Assembly: GCA_038245295.1 (NCBI GenBank)
Contig: JBBRSP010000009.1
Span: 128,001-192,000, forward strand
Reading direction: 5' to 3'
DNA: 64,000 nucleotides
Source: Candidatus Binatia bacterium
GTDB lineage: Bacteria > Desulfobacterota > Binatia > HRBIN30
Shown: positions 48,508 through 59,328 of the stretch, one piece after another
Layout of the letters: each line of letters begins with the position of its first letter
How positions within the stretch are numbered: position 1 is the stretch's first letter
Notes under the pieces: model-generated
Database searches by the model: none
What the model was told of the DNA's origin: nothing
Seen by the model: only the letters and a program-made list of their open reading frames with translations
Position numbers and translations under genes: made by a program

Positions 48508-49977
48508 ATGTCACTCGCTGGTGAGACGTTTCACTCGGCGGCGTGGAACCTGTCGACGACCCTCGGTGGTCGCGCGGTTACCGTCATCGGCACCTTGGTA
48601 CTGACACGCTACCTGGCCCCGGAGGCGTATGGCGAAGTCATGGTGGCCTCGACTCTGGTGACCACCGCCCATCAGGTCCTGAATCTCGGCGTCGGACACT
48701 ACATCGTTGCCAAACCGTCGGCGAGCCGCCGGGTCGTATTCCATGCCACGGTATTCTACCTACTCAGCGGCGTCGCGATTGTGGCGTTGCTCCTCGCCTG
48801 CCGCGACCACCTTGGTCTGCTCTTTGATCTCCCCCAGATGGGGCGTTTGATTCCCGGTCTCGCCCTGTCGTTGTGGCTCGAACGTATGGCGTTCATCCCG
48901 GAAAAGATCCTCATCCGCGATATGAGATTTCGCCGTCTCGGGCTGATCCGCAGTTTGGGCGAGCTGACATACACTTTATTTGCCGTAGTACTCGCCGCCG
49001 CCGGTTGGGCCGGGCAGTCCATTGTCGCCGCAAACGTCGCGCGTTCTTTGTGGCGCAGCGCTGCCATCATCGGCAGCGCCGAACGGCGCGCCTGGCTGTC
49101 GCCGTACCAACTGGATCGACGCGTTACCGCAGAGCTCTTCGCCTTCGCCATGCCCATGTGGTTGAGCAACGCCGCCGCCTTCGCGGCTCGTCGTTGGGAC
49201 AACCTGCTTGTCGCGAGGCTATTCGGACCCAGCGCCGCGGGCTTCTACAATCTCGCGTATAGCCTCGCCGAGATCCCGGCAATCCACGTTGGTGAGCAGG
49301 TCGGGGATGTGCTCCTTCCCTCCTTCGCACGCGCCAGCCCCCAACGGCGTCCGGAGGCACTGTTGCGGTCCATCGGCTTGCTCGCCCTCCTGGTCTTCCC
49401 CATGGCGGTCGGTTTAGGAGCCATCGCACCGACCCTGGTCGCCATGATTTTCGACTCGCGTTGGCAGACGATCGCGCCACTCCTCACGGTGCTGTCCGTC
49501 CTCTCCATCGCGAAACCGATCGCCTGGGTGCTGGTGAGCTACCTGCAAGCTCAGAATCGTCCGTGGACGACTCTAGCCCTCGAGCTCTTTCTGGTGGCGA
49601 TGCTCGTGACGTCGATCGCAACCCTGGGGCGTCTCGGCTTGCTCTGGGTGTGTGTCGCCGCCGGGCTTTGCTACGTCGTCTACGCCGCGGCGGCGTTGCT
49701 CATCGTAGCCCGAGTGGATCGCTTTGGTTGGAAGGAGGTCGTAACCCAGATTGGCGGACCACTGGCGGCGTGTGCACCTATGGTCGCCTTGATCCTGGCG
49801 GCGCGCAGCGTCATGAACGCCGCATCGATGCCGAAGGGATTCGCCTTGCCAGTCGAAGTCGTGATTGGCGCAGCCACCTATGCTGGCGCCGCCCTGCTTC
49901 TGACACCTCATCTCGTGCGTGAAGCGAACGCCTTGGTCGTACAAGCGCTGCGGCGTAGGGAGGCCGCGCAACGATGA
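48508..49977 (+). CDS. wzx: Polysaccharide flippase (Wzx/WzxC-like)
   Basis: L.R.L.PE.YG, multiple TM helices, DNLLV..LFG....GFY..AY. Confidence 0.85.
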   Translation: MSLAGETFHSAAWNLSTTLGGRAVTVIGTLVLTRYLAPEAYGEVMVASTLVTTAHQVLNLGVGHYIVAKPSASRRVVFHATVFYLLSGVAIVALLLACRDHLGLLFDLPQMGRLIPGLALSLWLERMAFIPEKILIRDMRFRRLGLIRSLGELTYTLFAVVLAAAGWAGQSIVAANVARSLWRSAAIIGSAERRAWLSPYQLDRRVTAELFAFAMPMWLSNAAAFAARRWDNLLVARLFGPSAAGFYNLAYSLAEIPAIHVGEQVGDVLLPSFARASPQRRPEALLRSIGLLALLVFPMAVGLGAIAPTLVAMIFDSRWQTIAPLLTVLSVLSIAKPIAWVLVSYLQAQNRPWTTLALELFLVAMLVTSIATLGRLGLLWVCVAAGLCYVVYAAAALLIVARVDRFGWKEVVTQIGGPLAACAPMVALILAARSVMNAASMPKGFALPVEVVIGAATYAGAALLLTPHLVREANALVVQALRRREAAQR

Positions 49978-51056
49978 GTCTCAAAGTGGCCATCGTTGGC
50001 TGCGGCAAGATCGCTGATGCTCATGTCGAAGCGATCCTGACGATGCCAGACATCGGCCGCGTCGTAGCGGCTTGTGATCGCGAAATCCTGCTCGCCGAAC
50101 AGCTGGCGACTCGCTACGGCATCGGCAAGTACTACGACGACCTGGACCAGATGTTGGCGCACGAAAAGCCAGACGTGGTGCACGTCACAACACCGCCACA
50201 GTCGCACTTCGAGATTGCTTGTCGCGCCGTCGACGCGGGCTGTCATCTGTATGTGGAAAAGCCGCTGACGCCGCGGCACCCCGAGGCGGTCGACCTGATC
50301 GATCGCGTCGTCGCGGCCCAGCGCAAGTTGACCATCGGCTACGCGCCGTTCTTCGACCCACCGGCGCTCGAGATGCGTCAGCTGATCCGTGATGGGGTTC
50401 TCGGAACACCAGTCCACGTCGAGAGCTTCTTCGGCTATCCATTGACCGGGCCGTTCGGCAGCGTGATCCTCGGCGACGCCGGCCACTGGGTCCACGGGTT
50501 GCCGGGAAACCTTCTGCAAAACAATATCGACCATCTGCTCAACAAAATCGTCGAGTTTGTCGACGACGCCGCGCCGAAGCTTCAGGTCGCTTTCTATCGG
50601 CGCAACCCAACTCGTTTTTCGGATGCACGCGACAACCTCGTCGACGAGATGCGCCTTTTAGTCGCCGGCGAAAAGGTCTCTGCCTATGGTACGTTCTCCG
50701 CCCACGCGCAGCCGATGAGCCATTTCGGGCGTATCTTCGGGACCAGGAACACCATGACGGTCGACTACATCGGGCGCAGTGTGACGCTCGAGAGCAGCCC
50801 GTCCGGATTCGGCGCCCTCAGTCGTGCGATCTTGCCGTTTGCCCACGCGAGCCAGTACGCACGCGCCGGATTCCGCAACCTGTCGCGCTTTGCACACTCC
50901 GACTATCACTACTTCGCCGGCCTGCGACATCTGATCCGCTTGTTCTACACAAGTATTGTTGACGATGGACCGCTGCCGATCGCCTATCGCGACATCTTGC
51001 GGATCTCGGCCATGACCGCTGAGATCATCGCCCAGTTGCCAGTGAGTCGCTCATGA
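49974..51056 (+). CDS. Gfo/Idh/MocA oxidoreductase
   Basis: VAIVGCGKIA, TPPQSH, YVEKP. Confidence 0.9.
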   Translation: MSLKVAIVGCGKIADAHVEAILTMPDIGRVVAACDREILLAEQLATRYGIGKYYDDLDQMLAHEKPDVVHVTTPPQSHFEIACRAVDAGCHLYVEKPLTPRHPEAVDLIDRVVAAQRKLTIGYAPFFDPPALEMRQLIRDGVLGTPVHVESFFGYPLTGPFGSVILGDAGHWVHGLPGNLLQNNIDHLLNKIVEFVDDAAPKLQVAFYRRNPTRFSDARDNLVDEMRLLVAGEKVSAYGTFSAHAQPMSHFGRIFGTRNTMTVDYIGRSVTLESSPSGFGALSRAILPFAHASQYARAGFRNLSRFAHSDYHYFAGLRHLIRLFYTSIVDDGPLPIAYRDILRISAMTAEIIAQLPVSRS

Positions 51057-52087
51057 GTGTCCTGGTCACCGGTGCCACCGGCTTCGTCGGCACAACCCTC
51101 GTCCGCAAGCTCCTTGCCGCCGGCGAGCCGACGATTCGCTGCTTCGTCAGGCCGGCCAGCAATGTCGCTACGCTCGACGCCTTGCAGGGGCAATATCCCG
51201 ACCAACGCCTGGAGATCTTCACCGGGAACCTGGCGGTAACCGAGGATGCGCGCCGCGCCGCCGCAGGCGCCACAACGATCTATCATCTGGCCGCCGGTAT
51301 GCGTGGCGCCCCGGCCGAGCTCTTCCTCAATACCGTGGTGACGTCGCGTCACCTGCTCGACGCGGTTGTGCAAACGCGGCCCCAACGTATCGTCCTGGTG
51401 AGCTCGTTCGCTTTATACGGTGTCGCCAATGTTCATCCCGGGCACGTCGTTACGGAATCCACGCCACTCGAGCCACATCCGGAACGCCGCGATCCGTACT
51501 CCCACGCCAAACATCGGCAGGAGAAACTGTTTTGGGAGTACCAACGGGCGCACGATTTACCGCTCGTCGTGTTGCGACCGGGTGTCATCTACGGCCCGGG
51601 CGGGCCGGCACTTTCCAGCCGCATCGGCCTCACTCTTCCAGGCCTCTTTCTGCATCTCGGCGGCAACAATCCGCTGCCATTGTCATTTGTCGACAACTGC
51701 GCCGACGCGATCATCCTGGCCGGCCGCGGCGCCGGACCGGACGGCGAGATCTACAACGTCCATGACGACGATCTGCCAACCTGCGCCGCGTTCCTGCGGC
51801 GCTACCGGCACGAGGTGGAGCGGTTGCGTGTCTTGCACATTCCGTCCTCGCTGCTCAACGGCCTGTCCCGGCTGAGCGAAATGTATAGCGAGTACTCACA
51901 AGGTCAGATGCCGGCGGTGCTGACTCCCTACCGCACGGCAGCCACATGGAAGCCGACGCGCTTCGACAACAGCAAACTCAAGCGACTGGGTTGGCGCCAA
52001 GCCGTGTCGACGGCCGAAGGCATGCAGCGGACCTTCCAGTACTTGCATGCACAACGCCTCGCCGAGCGGGCAGCTAAGGCAGCGTGA
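51053..52087 (+). CDS. NAD-dependent epimerase/dehydratase
   Basis: TGATGFVG, HLAA, YxxxK (YSHAK), RPGVIYGPG. Confidence 0.9.
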   Translation: MSVLVTGATGFVGTTLVRKLLAAGEPTIRCFVRPASNVATLDALQGQYPDQRLEIFTGNLAVTEDARRAAAGATTIYHLAAGMRGAPAELFLNTVVTSRHLLDAVVQTRPQRIVLVSSFALYGVANVHPGHVVTESTPLEPHPERRDPYSHAKHRQEKLFWEYQRAHDLPLVVLRPGVIYGPGGPALSSRIGLTLPGLFLHLGGNNPLPLSFVDNCADAIILAGRGAGPDGEIYNVHDDDLPTCAAFLRRYRHEVERLRVLHIPSSLLNGLSRLSEMYSEYSQGQMPAVLTPYRTAATWKPTRFDNSKLKRLGWRQAVSTAEGMQRTFQYLHAQRLAERAAKAA

Positions 52088-52088
52088 G

Positions 52089-53213
52089 ATGATCGCTGCA
52101 CCCAGCTTGTTGCGTGTCACGCATGTCGTGCAGGCGCTCGAACTCGGTGGACTGGAACGACAAGTCATCGAGTTGGTGCGCCGCACCGATCGTCGCGTCG
52201 CCACACCAAAAATCGTTTGCACCGATAGCCTCGGCGGCTTGGCTGCTTTGGCGCCTGGTGCACCATTGTTGTGTATCGACGCGCATCCAGGATTCGACGG
52301 GCGAGCCGTCCTGCGTCTGGCGCGCCATCTTCGTCAAACACGGGCGGATATTCTCCACTCGCATAATCAACGGGCTCATTATCTTTCGCTGGTGGCCGGT
52401 CGACTGGCCGGCGTGCCGGTACACATCAACACGCGACACGGCCCCTACCTGCCGGTGACCCGCCGCGGCATTCTGCGGCGGCGAATGTTGGCGGCGTTGT
52501 CCGACGCAGTTGTTGCGGTGTCCACGGACGTCCGCGATGCGGCGCTTCGCGTCGACCACATCGCACCTGCCAAAGTGCACACCATCTTCAACGGCACCGA
52601 CATCACGGCCACGCGGCTCACACGCCAACAAGCGCGTCAGGCACTCGGCGTGTCCGACGACGTCTTGGTTGTCGGCGCCGTCGGCAGGCTGGCCGCGGAA
52701 AAGGACTATGGCACTCTGGTCGCGGCACTTGGGCAGCTCGGCACGACTCACCCCCACGTGATGGCGCTGATCATCGGTGACGGGCCGCTCTTGGCTGATT
52801 TGACGGCGAGCGCGCAGGCACAGGGTTGTAGCCGGGTGCGCTTCTGCGGTTACCGCCAAGATGCCGTGTCGTTGCTCCCGGCGTTCGACATCTTTGTGCA
52901 GCCGTCGCTTAGAGAAGGTATCGCCCTCGCCGTGATCGAGGCCATGGCGGCGGGCCTACCGGTCGTCGCAACTTCCGTCGGTGGGAATCCCGAAGCCCTT
53001 GGTGGCGGTGAGGCCGGGATCCTCATTCCGGCACGTGACGTCGACGCGCTGAAGACTGCCGTCGCGACGCTAGCCGATGACAGCACACGGCGTCGGCGAT
53101 TCGGCGAGGCTGGCCGCGCGCGCGTGACCAGGCTGTTCTCGATTGCGGCAACGACGCAAGCGTACGAGCGGCTCTACATGGAACAGGCGCGCCACAAGGG
53201 GCTCGCGGTATGA
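52089..53213 (+). CDS. Glycosyltransferase family 4
   Basis: LGGLE, GRLAAEKD, PSLREG...AVIEAMA, VGGNPE; start at ATG 52089. Confidence 0.9.
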   Translation: MIAAPSLLRVTHVVQALELGGLERQVIELVRRTDRRVATPKIVCTDSLGGLAALAPGAPLLCIDAHPGFDGRAVLRLARHLRQTRADILHSHNQRAHYLSLVAGRLAGVPVHINTRHGPYLPVTRRGILRRRMLAALSDAVVAVSTDVRDAALRVDHIAPAKVHTIFNGTDITATRLTRQQARQALGVSDDVLVVGAVGRLAAEKDYGTLVAALGQLGTTHPHVMALIIGDGPLLADLTASAQAQGCSRVRFCGYRQDAVSLLPAFDIFVQPSLREGIALAVIEAMAAGLPVVATSVGGNPEALGGGEAGILIPARDVDALKTAVATLADDSTRRRRFGEAGRARVTRLFSIAATTQAYERLYMEQARHKGLAV

Positions 53214-54406
53214 GGATTGTCATCCTGTCGAGCTTGCTGCCGGCGACCGGCCTCAGCGATCGGCCGCCGGACGTGTGGCTGACGACGCGCGCCCTCATCG
53301 AGCGCTGCGAGGCTGTTGTCATCGGCCCCGTGCCCTGGGCTCCGCGGCTACCGCTCAAGACACCCTGGGAACGATACGGTTCGATTCCGCGCTCCGAAGT
53401 TCTCGACAACGTGACGATCCGCCATCCGCGCTACCTGGTCGTCCCCAAGACCGCGCGGTCCCTGCAAGGGCGCTCCTACGCGCGCCAGCTCGAGATCGAG
53501 CTTGCCACACTCCAGGGCAGCTTCCGCCCCGACGCGATCTTCGTCACCTGGGCCTACCCCGACACCTATGCGGCGGTACGCGTCGGCGCCAAATTGGGAC
53601 TTCCGGTGATTGCCAAGGTGGTCGGATCAGATGTGAACCTCCTTCCGGAGGTGGGTCTGCGGCGCGACATCGGATACGCTCTTCACAATGCCGACCGCGT
53701 CGTCGGCATCTGCCAAGACCTGTGCACCAAGGCGATTGCCCTTGGGGCTCGGCCGGATCGTTGTGTCGTGGTCAAGAATGGCCTCGAGCTGCAACAGTTC
53801 CCGATGCGGCCGCGCGACACATGCCGCACGGAGCTGGCGATTCCTCTGACGGCCGACCTGATGGTATACGTTGGCAGCCTGAAACACGTGAAGGGCCCTG
53901 ACCTCTTGATGACTGCTTTCGCCTCGATAGCGACTCAACGCCCCGAAGCTCGCCTCGTCCTGATCGGTGAAGGCCCCCTACGTGCGTCGTTACAAACTCA
54001 AGCGCAGGCGCTCGGTGTCGGCGAGCGCGTGTTGTTCCTCGGTCGAAGGCCCCACACGGAGGTGGCGGCCTGGATGAACGCGGCCGATCTCCTGGTCCTC
54101 CCGAGTCGTTCCGAAGGACTGCCCAACGTTGTGACGGAAGCCTTGGCGTGCGGCACGCCCGTCGTTGCGACGCGTGTCGGTGGCGTCCCGGAAGCATTCG
54201 CAGCCGGCGTCGCCGGCGTCCTGGTCGAAGCGGAAAACAGCGCGGCGCTTGGCCAGGCAATTGTCTTCGCGTTGCAGCAGCCGTTCGCGCGCGACACGGT
54301 TCGTTCTTCCCTGAAGCCGCGGTCATGGAGCACCGCCGCCGCCGAGCTCTTGCAGGTGATCGAAGGTGCGGTGCACGAGCGCCGAAGTGGGGCGGGCGCG
54401 TTGTGA
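53210..54406 (+). CDS. Glycosyltransferase family 4 (TuaC-like)
   Basis: WAYPD, GSDVN, PSRSEGLPNV..EALACG.PVVAT.VGG. Confidence 0.9.
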   Translation: MRIVILSSLLPATGLSDRPPDVWLTTRALIERCEAVVIGPVPWAPRLPLKTPWERYGSIPRSEVLDNVTIRHPRYLVVPKTARSLQGRSYARQLEIELATLQGSFRPDAIFVTWAYPDTYAAVRVGAKLGLPVIAKVVGSDVNLLPEVGLRRDIGYALHNADRVVGICQDLCTKAIALGARPDRCVVVKNGLELQQFPMRPRDTCRTELAIPLTADLMVYVGSLKHVKGPDLLMTAFASIATQRPEARLVLIGEGPLRASLQTQAQALGVGERVLFLGRRPHTEVAAWMNAADLLVLPSRSEGLPNVVTEALACGTPVVATRVGGVPEAFAAGVAGVLVEAENSAALGQAIVFALQQPFARDTVRSSLKPRSWSTAAAELLQVIEGAVHERRSGAGAL

Positions 54407-55578
54407 ATCCTTCCGTTGCCGTCGTCGCACAGGTGGTCTTCTGGTCTGCCGCGCTGGCGTTCGTACACAGCTACCTCCTCTACCCGCTCATCGTCTTCCT
54501 TCTGGCACGCCGTGGCGCCGCGTCGGCGTCGACGGACCGGCAGAACAGCGCCCATCCCAAAGTGTCGTTGCTGGTTGCCGCGTACAACGAAGAGCTGGTC
54601 ATTCGACGCAAAGTCGAGAACTGCCTCGCCTTGCGTTACCCAGGCGAACGAATCGAGATCGTCATCGCCAGTGATGGTTCGACCGACCACACAATGGCAA
54701 TTGCCGAAGAGTACAGCTCGCGCGGTGTCCGCGTCCTCGCGTATCCGCTTCGCCGCGGCAAACCCGCCACCCTCGATCGTGCCGTGCTGCAGACCGACGG
54801 CGACATCCTGGTTTTCTCGGATGCCAATACCTTGCTCGATGCCGACGCCATCGAGATGCTGGTGCGGCATTTCGCCGATGAGCGCATCGGTGCGGTCTGC
54901 GGCGAGCTGATCCTTGAGAGTCCGGGTGGCTCCGGACGCGAAGAGGAGCGCTATTGGCGTTACGAGCAGCGACTCAAGGCGACGGAAAGTGCCGCCGGCA
55001 CCGCGCTGGGAGCCAACGGTGGTATCTATGCCATCCGGCGCGGGCTCTTCGAGCCGCTTCCTGACAATCTTTTGATTGACGACTTCGTCATCCCGATGCG
55101 CGCCGTCGAGAAAGGCTTTCGTGTAGCGTACGACCGCCAGGCGGTGGCGCGCGAGGAGACGGCGCCCGACGCGGCCGCGGAATTTCGTCGTCGTGTCCGC
55201 ATCGGCGCCGGCGGCTTTCAGGCGATCTGGCTGCTGCGCCGCTTGCTGAACCCACGGCGCGGCTTCGTTTGCTTCGCCTTCTTCTCGCACAAGGTATTGC
55301 GCTGGCTCGGGCCGTTCCTGCTGCTCGCCGCCTTCTTGTCGTCCCTCTTGCTCGCCTCGCGACCTATCTACGCACTTGCGGTGATTCTGCAGTTGGGATT
55401 CTACGGTGGCGCAACCGCCGGAGCGTTGATCGAACAATCGGGCCGTTCCTGTCGCCTGCTGCGTCCACTCTACTACTTCGTCATGATCAATCTGGCATTG
55501 GCCGTCGGGTTCGTCCGCTGGCTGCGTGGTACGCAACACGCGGCGTGGGAACGTACGGCGCGGCGCCAAGCGAACTAA
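54403..55578 (+). CDS. Glycosyltransferase family 2
   Basis: GTG start overlapping the previous stop; AAYNEE, SDGSTD, FSDAN, GANGGIYA, DDF, RRVRI. Confidence 0.9.
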   Translation: MNPSVAVVAQVVFWSAALAFVHSYLLYPLIVFLLARRGAASASTDRQNSAHPKVSLLVAAYNEELVIRRKVENCLALRYPGERIEIVIASDGSTDHTMAIAEEYSSRGVRVLAYPLRRGKPATLDRAVLQTDGDILVFSDANTLLDADAIEMLVRHFADERIGAVCGELILESPGGSGREEERYWRYEQRLKATESAAGTALGANGGIYAIRRGLFEPLPDNLLIDDFVIPMRAVEKGFRVAYDRQAVAREETAPDAAAEFRRRVRIGAGGFQAIWLLRRLLNPRRGFVCFAFFSHKVLRWLGPFLLLAAFLSSLLLASRPIYALAVILQLGFYGGATAGALIEQSGRSCRLLRPLYYFVMINLALAVGFVRWLRGTQHAAWERTARRQAN

Positions 55579-55583
55579 CAACG

Positions 55584-56681
55584 ATGCTGCCGCGAAACGT
55601 CGAGCTTTGGCTGCCCGGTCTGCTCGCCTCACAACGCCGACGCGGGGTGAGCGCCGCAACACCGATTGAAGTCTTCTTTTGCATCGCCGATCACTTCGAA
55701 CCAGCCCGCGGTGCGGCCCCGCTGAACGTACAACGCACCCGCGTTGCTGTCTGGACGGAGCATTACCCGCGCCTGGCCGAACAGTTCCGCGACGTAGACG
55801 GGCGGCCGCCACAGCACACCTTTTTCTATCCGCAAGAGGAATATCATCCGGAGCACCTCGACGCCCTCGCCGGCCTTTGCCGCGCCGGCCTCGGTGAGGT
55901 CGAGATTCACCTGCATCATGACGCCGACACGGCGGCCGGACTGCGGGGCAAACTGGAACGCTTCAAGACCCAGCTGCACGGCCACGGGCTGCTGTGCCGC
56001 ACGCGTCACGACGACACGCTGCAGTATGCGTTCATCCATGGCGACTGGGCGCTCGACAACTCACGCCGCGACCGCCGCCTGTGCGGCGTCAACAACGAGC
56101 TCTCTGTGCTCAAGGCAACCGGCTGTTACGCCGACTTCACCATGCCCTCGGCTCCGAGCGAGACGCAAACGGCAACCGTGAATCGGATCTACCGCGCTAC
56201 CGACGATCCGCAAAAACCGAAATCCCATGATACCGGTATTGCCGTCGAGACCGGGCGGCCGGGCCAGGGCGACCTGCTGCTCATCCAAGGCCCGTTGCGG
56301 CTCGATTGGCGTTCGCGCAAATGGGGGCTGCTGCCGCGACTGGAAAACGGCTCGTTGCACGCGTCGAATCCTCCGACCGCTGATCGCTTTCAGCTGTGGC
56401 TCGACGCCGGAGTCGGCGTGATCGGTCGTCCCGAATGGATCTTCGTCAAGGTGTACACACACGGCGCCGTCGAGGAAAACGCCGCCGTGCTTCTCGGACC
56501 AGCCATGCAGCGCTTTCACGCCGACATCGCGCGGCGCTTCAACGACGGCTCACGCTACCGGCTGCACTACGTAACGGCGCGTGAGATGGCAAACCTGGTG
56601 CTCGCCGCCGAAGCCGGAGAGCGTGGCGATCCGAATCAGTTCCGAGACTACCACTTGCTGCCCGTAGCGCAGGGTCGTTGA
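55584..56681 (+). CDS. Conserved hypothetical protein in EPS cluster (possible metal-dependent deacetylase-like)
   Basis: Start MLPRNVELW; motifs DHFEP, HTFFYP, EIHLHH, FIHGDW, KVYTHG, LHYVTARE. Confidence 0.65.
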   Translation: MLPRNVELWLPGLLASQRRRGVSAATPIEVFFCIADHFEPARGAAPLNVQRTRVAVWTEHYPRLAEQFRDVDGRPPQHTFFYPQEEYHPEHLDALAGLCRAGLGEVEIHLHHDADTAAGLRGKLERFKTQLHGHGLLCRTRHDDTLQYAFIHGDWALDNSRRDRRLCGVNNELSVLKATGCYADFTMPSAPSETQTATVNRIYRATDDPQKPKSHDTGIAVETGRPGQGDLLLIQGPLRLDWRSRKWGLLPRLENGSLHASNPPTADRFQLWLDAGVGVIGRPEWIFVKVYTHGAVEENAAVLLGPAMQRFHADIARRFNDGSRYRLHYVTAREMANLVLAAEAGERGDPNQFRDYHLLPVAQGR

Positions 56682-56699
56682 CGTCGCGGCACTACACGT

Positions 56700-56782
56700 C
56701 GCAGGCTGAAGCCTGCGCCTACCGATCCGCCGCACCGTGATCCGCCGCACGGTGAAATGGTAGGCGCAGGCTTCAGCCTGCG
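56700..56782. repeat. Inverted GTAG-REP doublet
   Basis: CGCAGGCTGAAGCCTGCGCCTAC (56700) / GTAGGCGCAGGCTTCAGCCTGCG (56760) between convergent genes. Confidence 0.85.
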
Positions 56783-56794
56783 GACGACCAATCG

Positions 56795-58096
56795 TTACCC
56801 CGAGAACCGCGCGAGCAAACGTACCAGAACGTAGGTGCCAATGATCCCTCCCATCGTCAGCAATACGATGTTGCGGACAACCGCCAGCGAGATCCTGAGA
56901 TCCGGCGCCGGTTCATACTCACGCGCCAGGGAAACGTGACAGGCGCCCATGCCGACCAATGTGAAGAGGACCATGCCGTATTGGCGCGACAAGAAGCAGC
57001 AGCTGGTCAGGACTCCAACAGCGCAGGTGAGAAGCGACTTGCGCCAGCGTTCAATTTCGATCGGAGCGCCCTCGGGTGATACCGACAGAACTCCCTTGAG
57101 CAGCCAGTAGCAAATCCCCGTGAAGAAGAAGGCGCCGAAAAAGCCGAGCTCGGCGAAGGTATGCACGAAAGAATTGTGGGCGACGCGTTCATGGAACTCC
57201 ATGAAGCGGCCGTACCCGACGCCGAACAGTGGGTGCCACTTGAACATCAGCAGAGCAGCGCCCCACGCTTGCAGTCGGTCCTGAGCCGACGCTTCGGAGC
57301 TCGTGAGCATGCTCAAGCGGGATGGACCGAGGGCAACCACAGCGGCAAACATCCCGGCCGCGACAACCGCGCCGCTGAGCCGGCCAAGGCGGCGAACCGC
57401 TTGCAGCGCCACGACTACGGCGAGGCCGACCATGCCGCCGCGCGAGTTGGTGTAGAACAGAGCGGCAATGATCGGCACCAGAAGGGCGGCGGCGAAGGCA
57501 CGTCGCGGCATCCTCCAGGCTTTCTCGGTTGCTTCATCGATGAGAAACGGCACGGCCATGAGCAGTGCCATGGCGAGATCGTTCGGATCGTTGAAGATGC
57601 CGGTGCCGCGAATACGTCCGTCCAGCAGCGGACGCACGCCGCCGAAACCGAACCTCGTGTGGAACTGTATGACGCCGCTCAACGCCAGGAATACGGTTCC
57701 CAGAATGACGGTGCGCACGAAACCCTCGAACTGCCGCCCATCACGGATCGCGAAGCGCATGAGAAAGTAGTAGAAGACCACTTTGAAGAAATCGGCGAGA
57801 CCAAGGAAGGCGCCGCCAAACCATCCCCAAGCGAGATTCGAAGCAACAATCGCAAGCCAGAAACCCAGGACGAATTTATCGTGCGGCAGATCCCAGAATT
57901 TGCGCGGTTTGGCGAGATACGACAGGCCGGCCAAGGCGACGGAAATCGCCGCGAGCAACTCGACGACCGGGAACGACGCCAATGCCGGCACGAGCTCGCC
58001 CGGGCGTACGTAAATCGCCGCCACGTAGGCGAGCAGGCAGAGGTAGACCACGTCGTTATCCCGCCTGAGATATGGCAGATTGTCGCGAGGCGGCAA
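56795..58096 (-). CDS. O-antigen ligase / Wzy polymerase family protein
   Basis: Multi-TM, G.FNDPNDLA, T.SRGG, R...W, HPLFGVG, AHNSF....AELG. Confidence 0.88.
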   Translation of the reverse strand: MPPRDNLPYLRRDNDVVYLCLLAYVAAIYVRPGELVPALASFPVVELLAAISVALAGLSYLAKPRKFWDLPHDKFVLGFWLAIVASNLAWGWFGGAFLGLADFFKVVFYYFLMRFAIRDGRQFEGFVRTVILGTVFLALSGVIQFHTRFGFGGVRPLLDGRIRGTGIFNDPNDLAMALLMAVPFLIDEATEKAWRMPRRAFAAALLVPIIAALFYTNSRGGMVGLAVVVALQAVRRLGRLSGAVVAAGMFAAVVALGPSRLSMLTSSEASAQDRLQAWGAALLMFKWHPLFGVGYGRFMEFHERVAHNSFVHTFAELGFFGAFFFTGICYWLLKGVLSVSPEGAPIEIERWRKSLLTCAVGVLTSCCFLSRQYGMVLFTLVGMGACHVSLAREYEPAPDLRISLAVVRNIVLLTMGGIIGTYVLVRLLARFSG

Positions 58097-58134
58097 ACCG
58101 ACGGGCGATGCAGCGTAACAAGGTTCGCCAATCC

Positions 58135-59328
58135 ATGAGCCCGCGTCGACGCCGATCCTTGCAGGAGGCCGGCAGCACCAGCCGCTGGAAAGTCTGGCTC
58201 ACGCGGCTGTCCCTTCTCGTTGTTGGCGTCCTGCTCGCCGGCACGAGCCTCGAACTGGCGGTTCGCGTGTTCAGGCCGATGAATCTCGACTTCTACAACT
58301 GGCAGAAGATCAAACGGGTGTCGCAACGACCTGGGCAGGAGTTCGAGCTCATCCCGGGCGCGCACAGTGACTTCTACGAAGGCGTCCCCGTAACGATCAA
58401 TCAACTCGGTTTGCGTGATGCGGAGATTGCCATCCCGAAGCCGACCGGTACGGTGCGCATCCTGGGCATCGGCGATTCCGTCGCCTTCGGATACGGAGTT
58501 CCTCTCTCGGATACATATCTCAAAGTGCTCGAGTCGGACCTCAACGGCGACGCTGCCGGCGCCCGCCACTACGAGGTCGTCAACGCCGGCATGGAAGCAA
58601 CCGGCCTGGACTACTACTACCGCTTCCTCGAATCGTCGGCGGCGGCGCTCGAACCCGATCTCGTCCTTGTCGGCATCACCCTCAACGATATCGCCGACTA
58701 CCACCACCGCGGTACAGAGCCCGATGCGCGCGCTTTCTCGGACCGCTCGCTGATTCGCCGCGTCAACACCTTCCTGCTCTTTCACTCACAGGCCTATTTC
58801 TCAGGCTATGTAAGCCTGAAGTCGTTGCTCTACCGATCCGGCGTTGTCGATTTCAATCAGGAACATTGGTCGGACATTGCGACCTTGCAACCGCCATCGC
58901 CCGAGCAGCGCGAAGCGTGGGACTCCAGTCGCGAGATGCTGGCCAACATCACAACCTCGGCGCGTAACCACGGCTACCCGTTGGTGTTCGTCGTCTTCCC
59001 CATGGAAGTGCAGTTGGATCAGCGCTCGCTGGAGTTGTATCAGCACCAGCTGCATCTCGCGGTCACCACAGAGGCCCTGCGCGGCGTGCCGCAGGAAGAA
59101 GTGTTGCGATTCGGCGCCGCTTCCGGCGTACCCGTGGTTGACCTCCTGCCGGCGTTCCGTGCCGCCGGATCCAATGATCTGTTTCTGCGCGGCCGCAGCA
59201 TGAGCGCCGATCCGGTGCATCCATCACCCAACGGACATCACGTCGCCGGCCACGAGTTATTTCGCTTCCTCAAGCAGGAGTCGTCCCTCACGACGATCAT
59301 CCGTCACGGGAGTACCTCGGATGGGTAG
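58135..59328 (+). CDS. Membrane-anchored SGNH/GDSL hydrolase
   Basis: TM anchor, IGDSVAFG, VNAG, LND, DPVHPS..GH. Confidence 0.88.
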   Translation: MSPRRRRSLQEAGSTSRWKVWLTRLSLLVVGVLLAGTSLELAVRVFRPMNLDFYNWQKIKRVSQRPGQEFELIPGAHSDFYEGVPVTINQLGLRDAEIAIPKPTGTVRILGIGDSVAFGYGVPLSDTYLKVLESDLNGDAAGARHYEVVNAGMEATGLDYYYRFLESSAAALEPDLVLVGITLNDIADYHHRGTEPDARAFSDRSLIRRVNTFLLFHSQAYFSGYVSLKSLLYRSGVVDFNQEHWSDIATLQPPSPEQREAWDSSREMLANITTSARNHGYPLVFVVFPMEVQLDQRSLELYQHQLHLAVTTEALRGVPQEEVLRFGAASGVPVVDLLPAFRAAGSNDLFLRGRSMSADPVHPSPNGHHVAGHELFRFLKQESSLTTIIRHGSTSDG

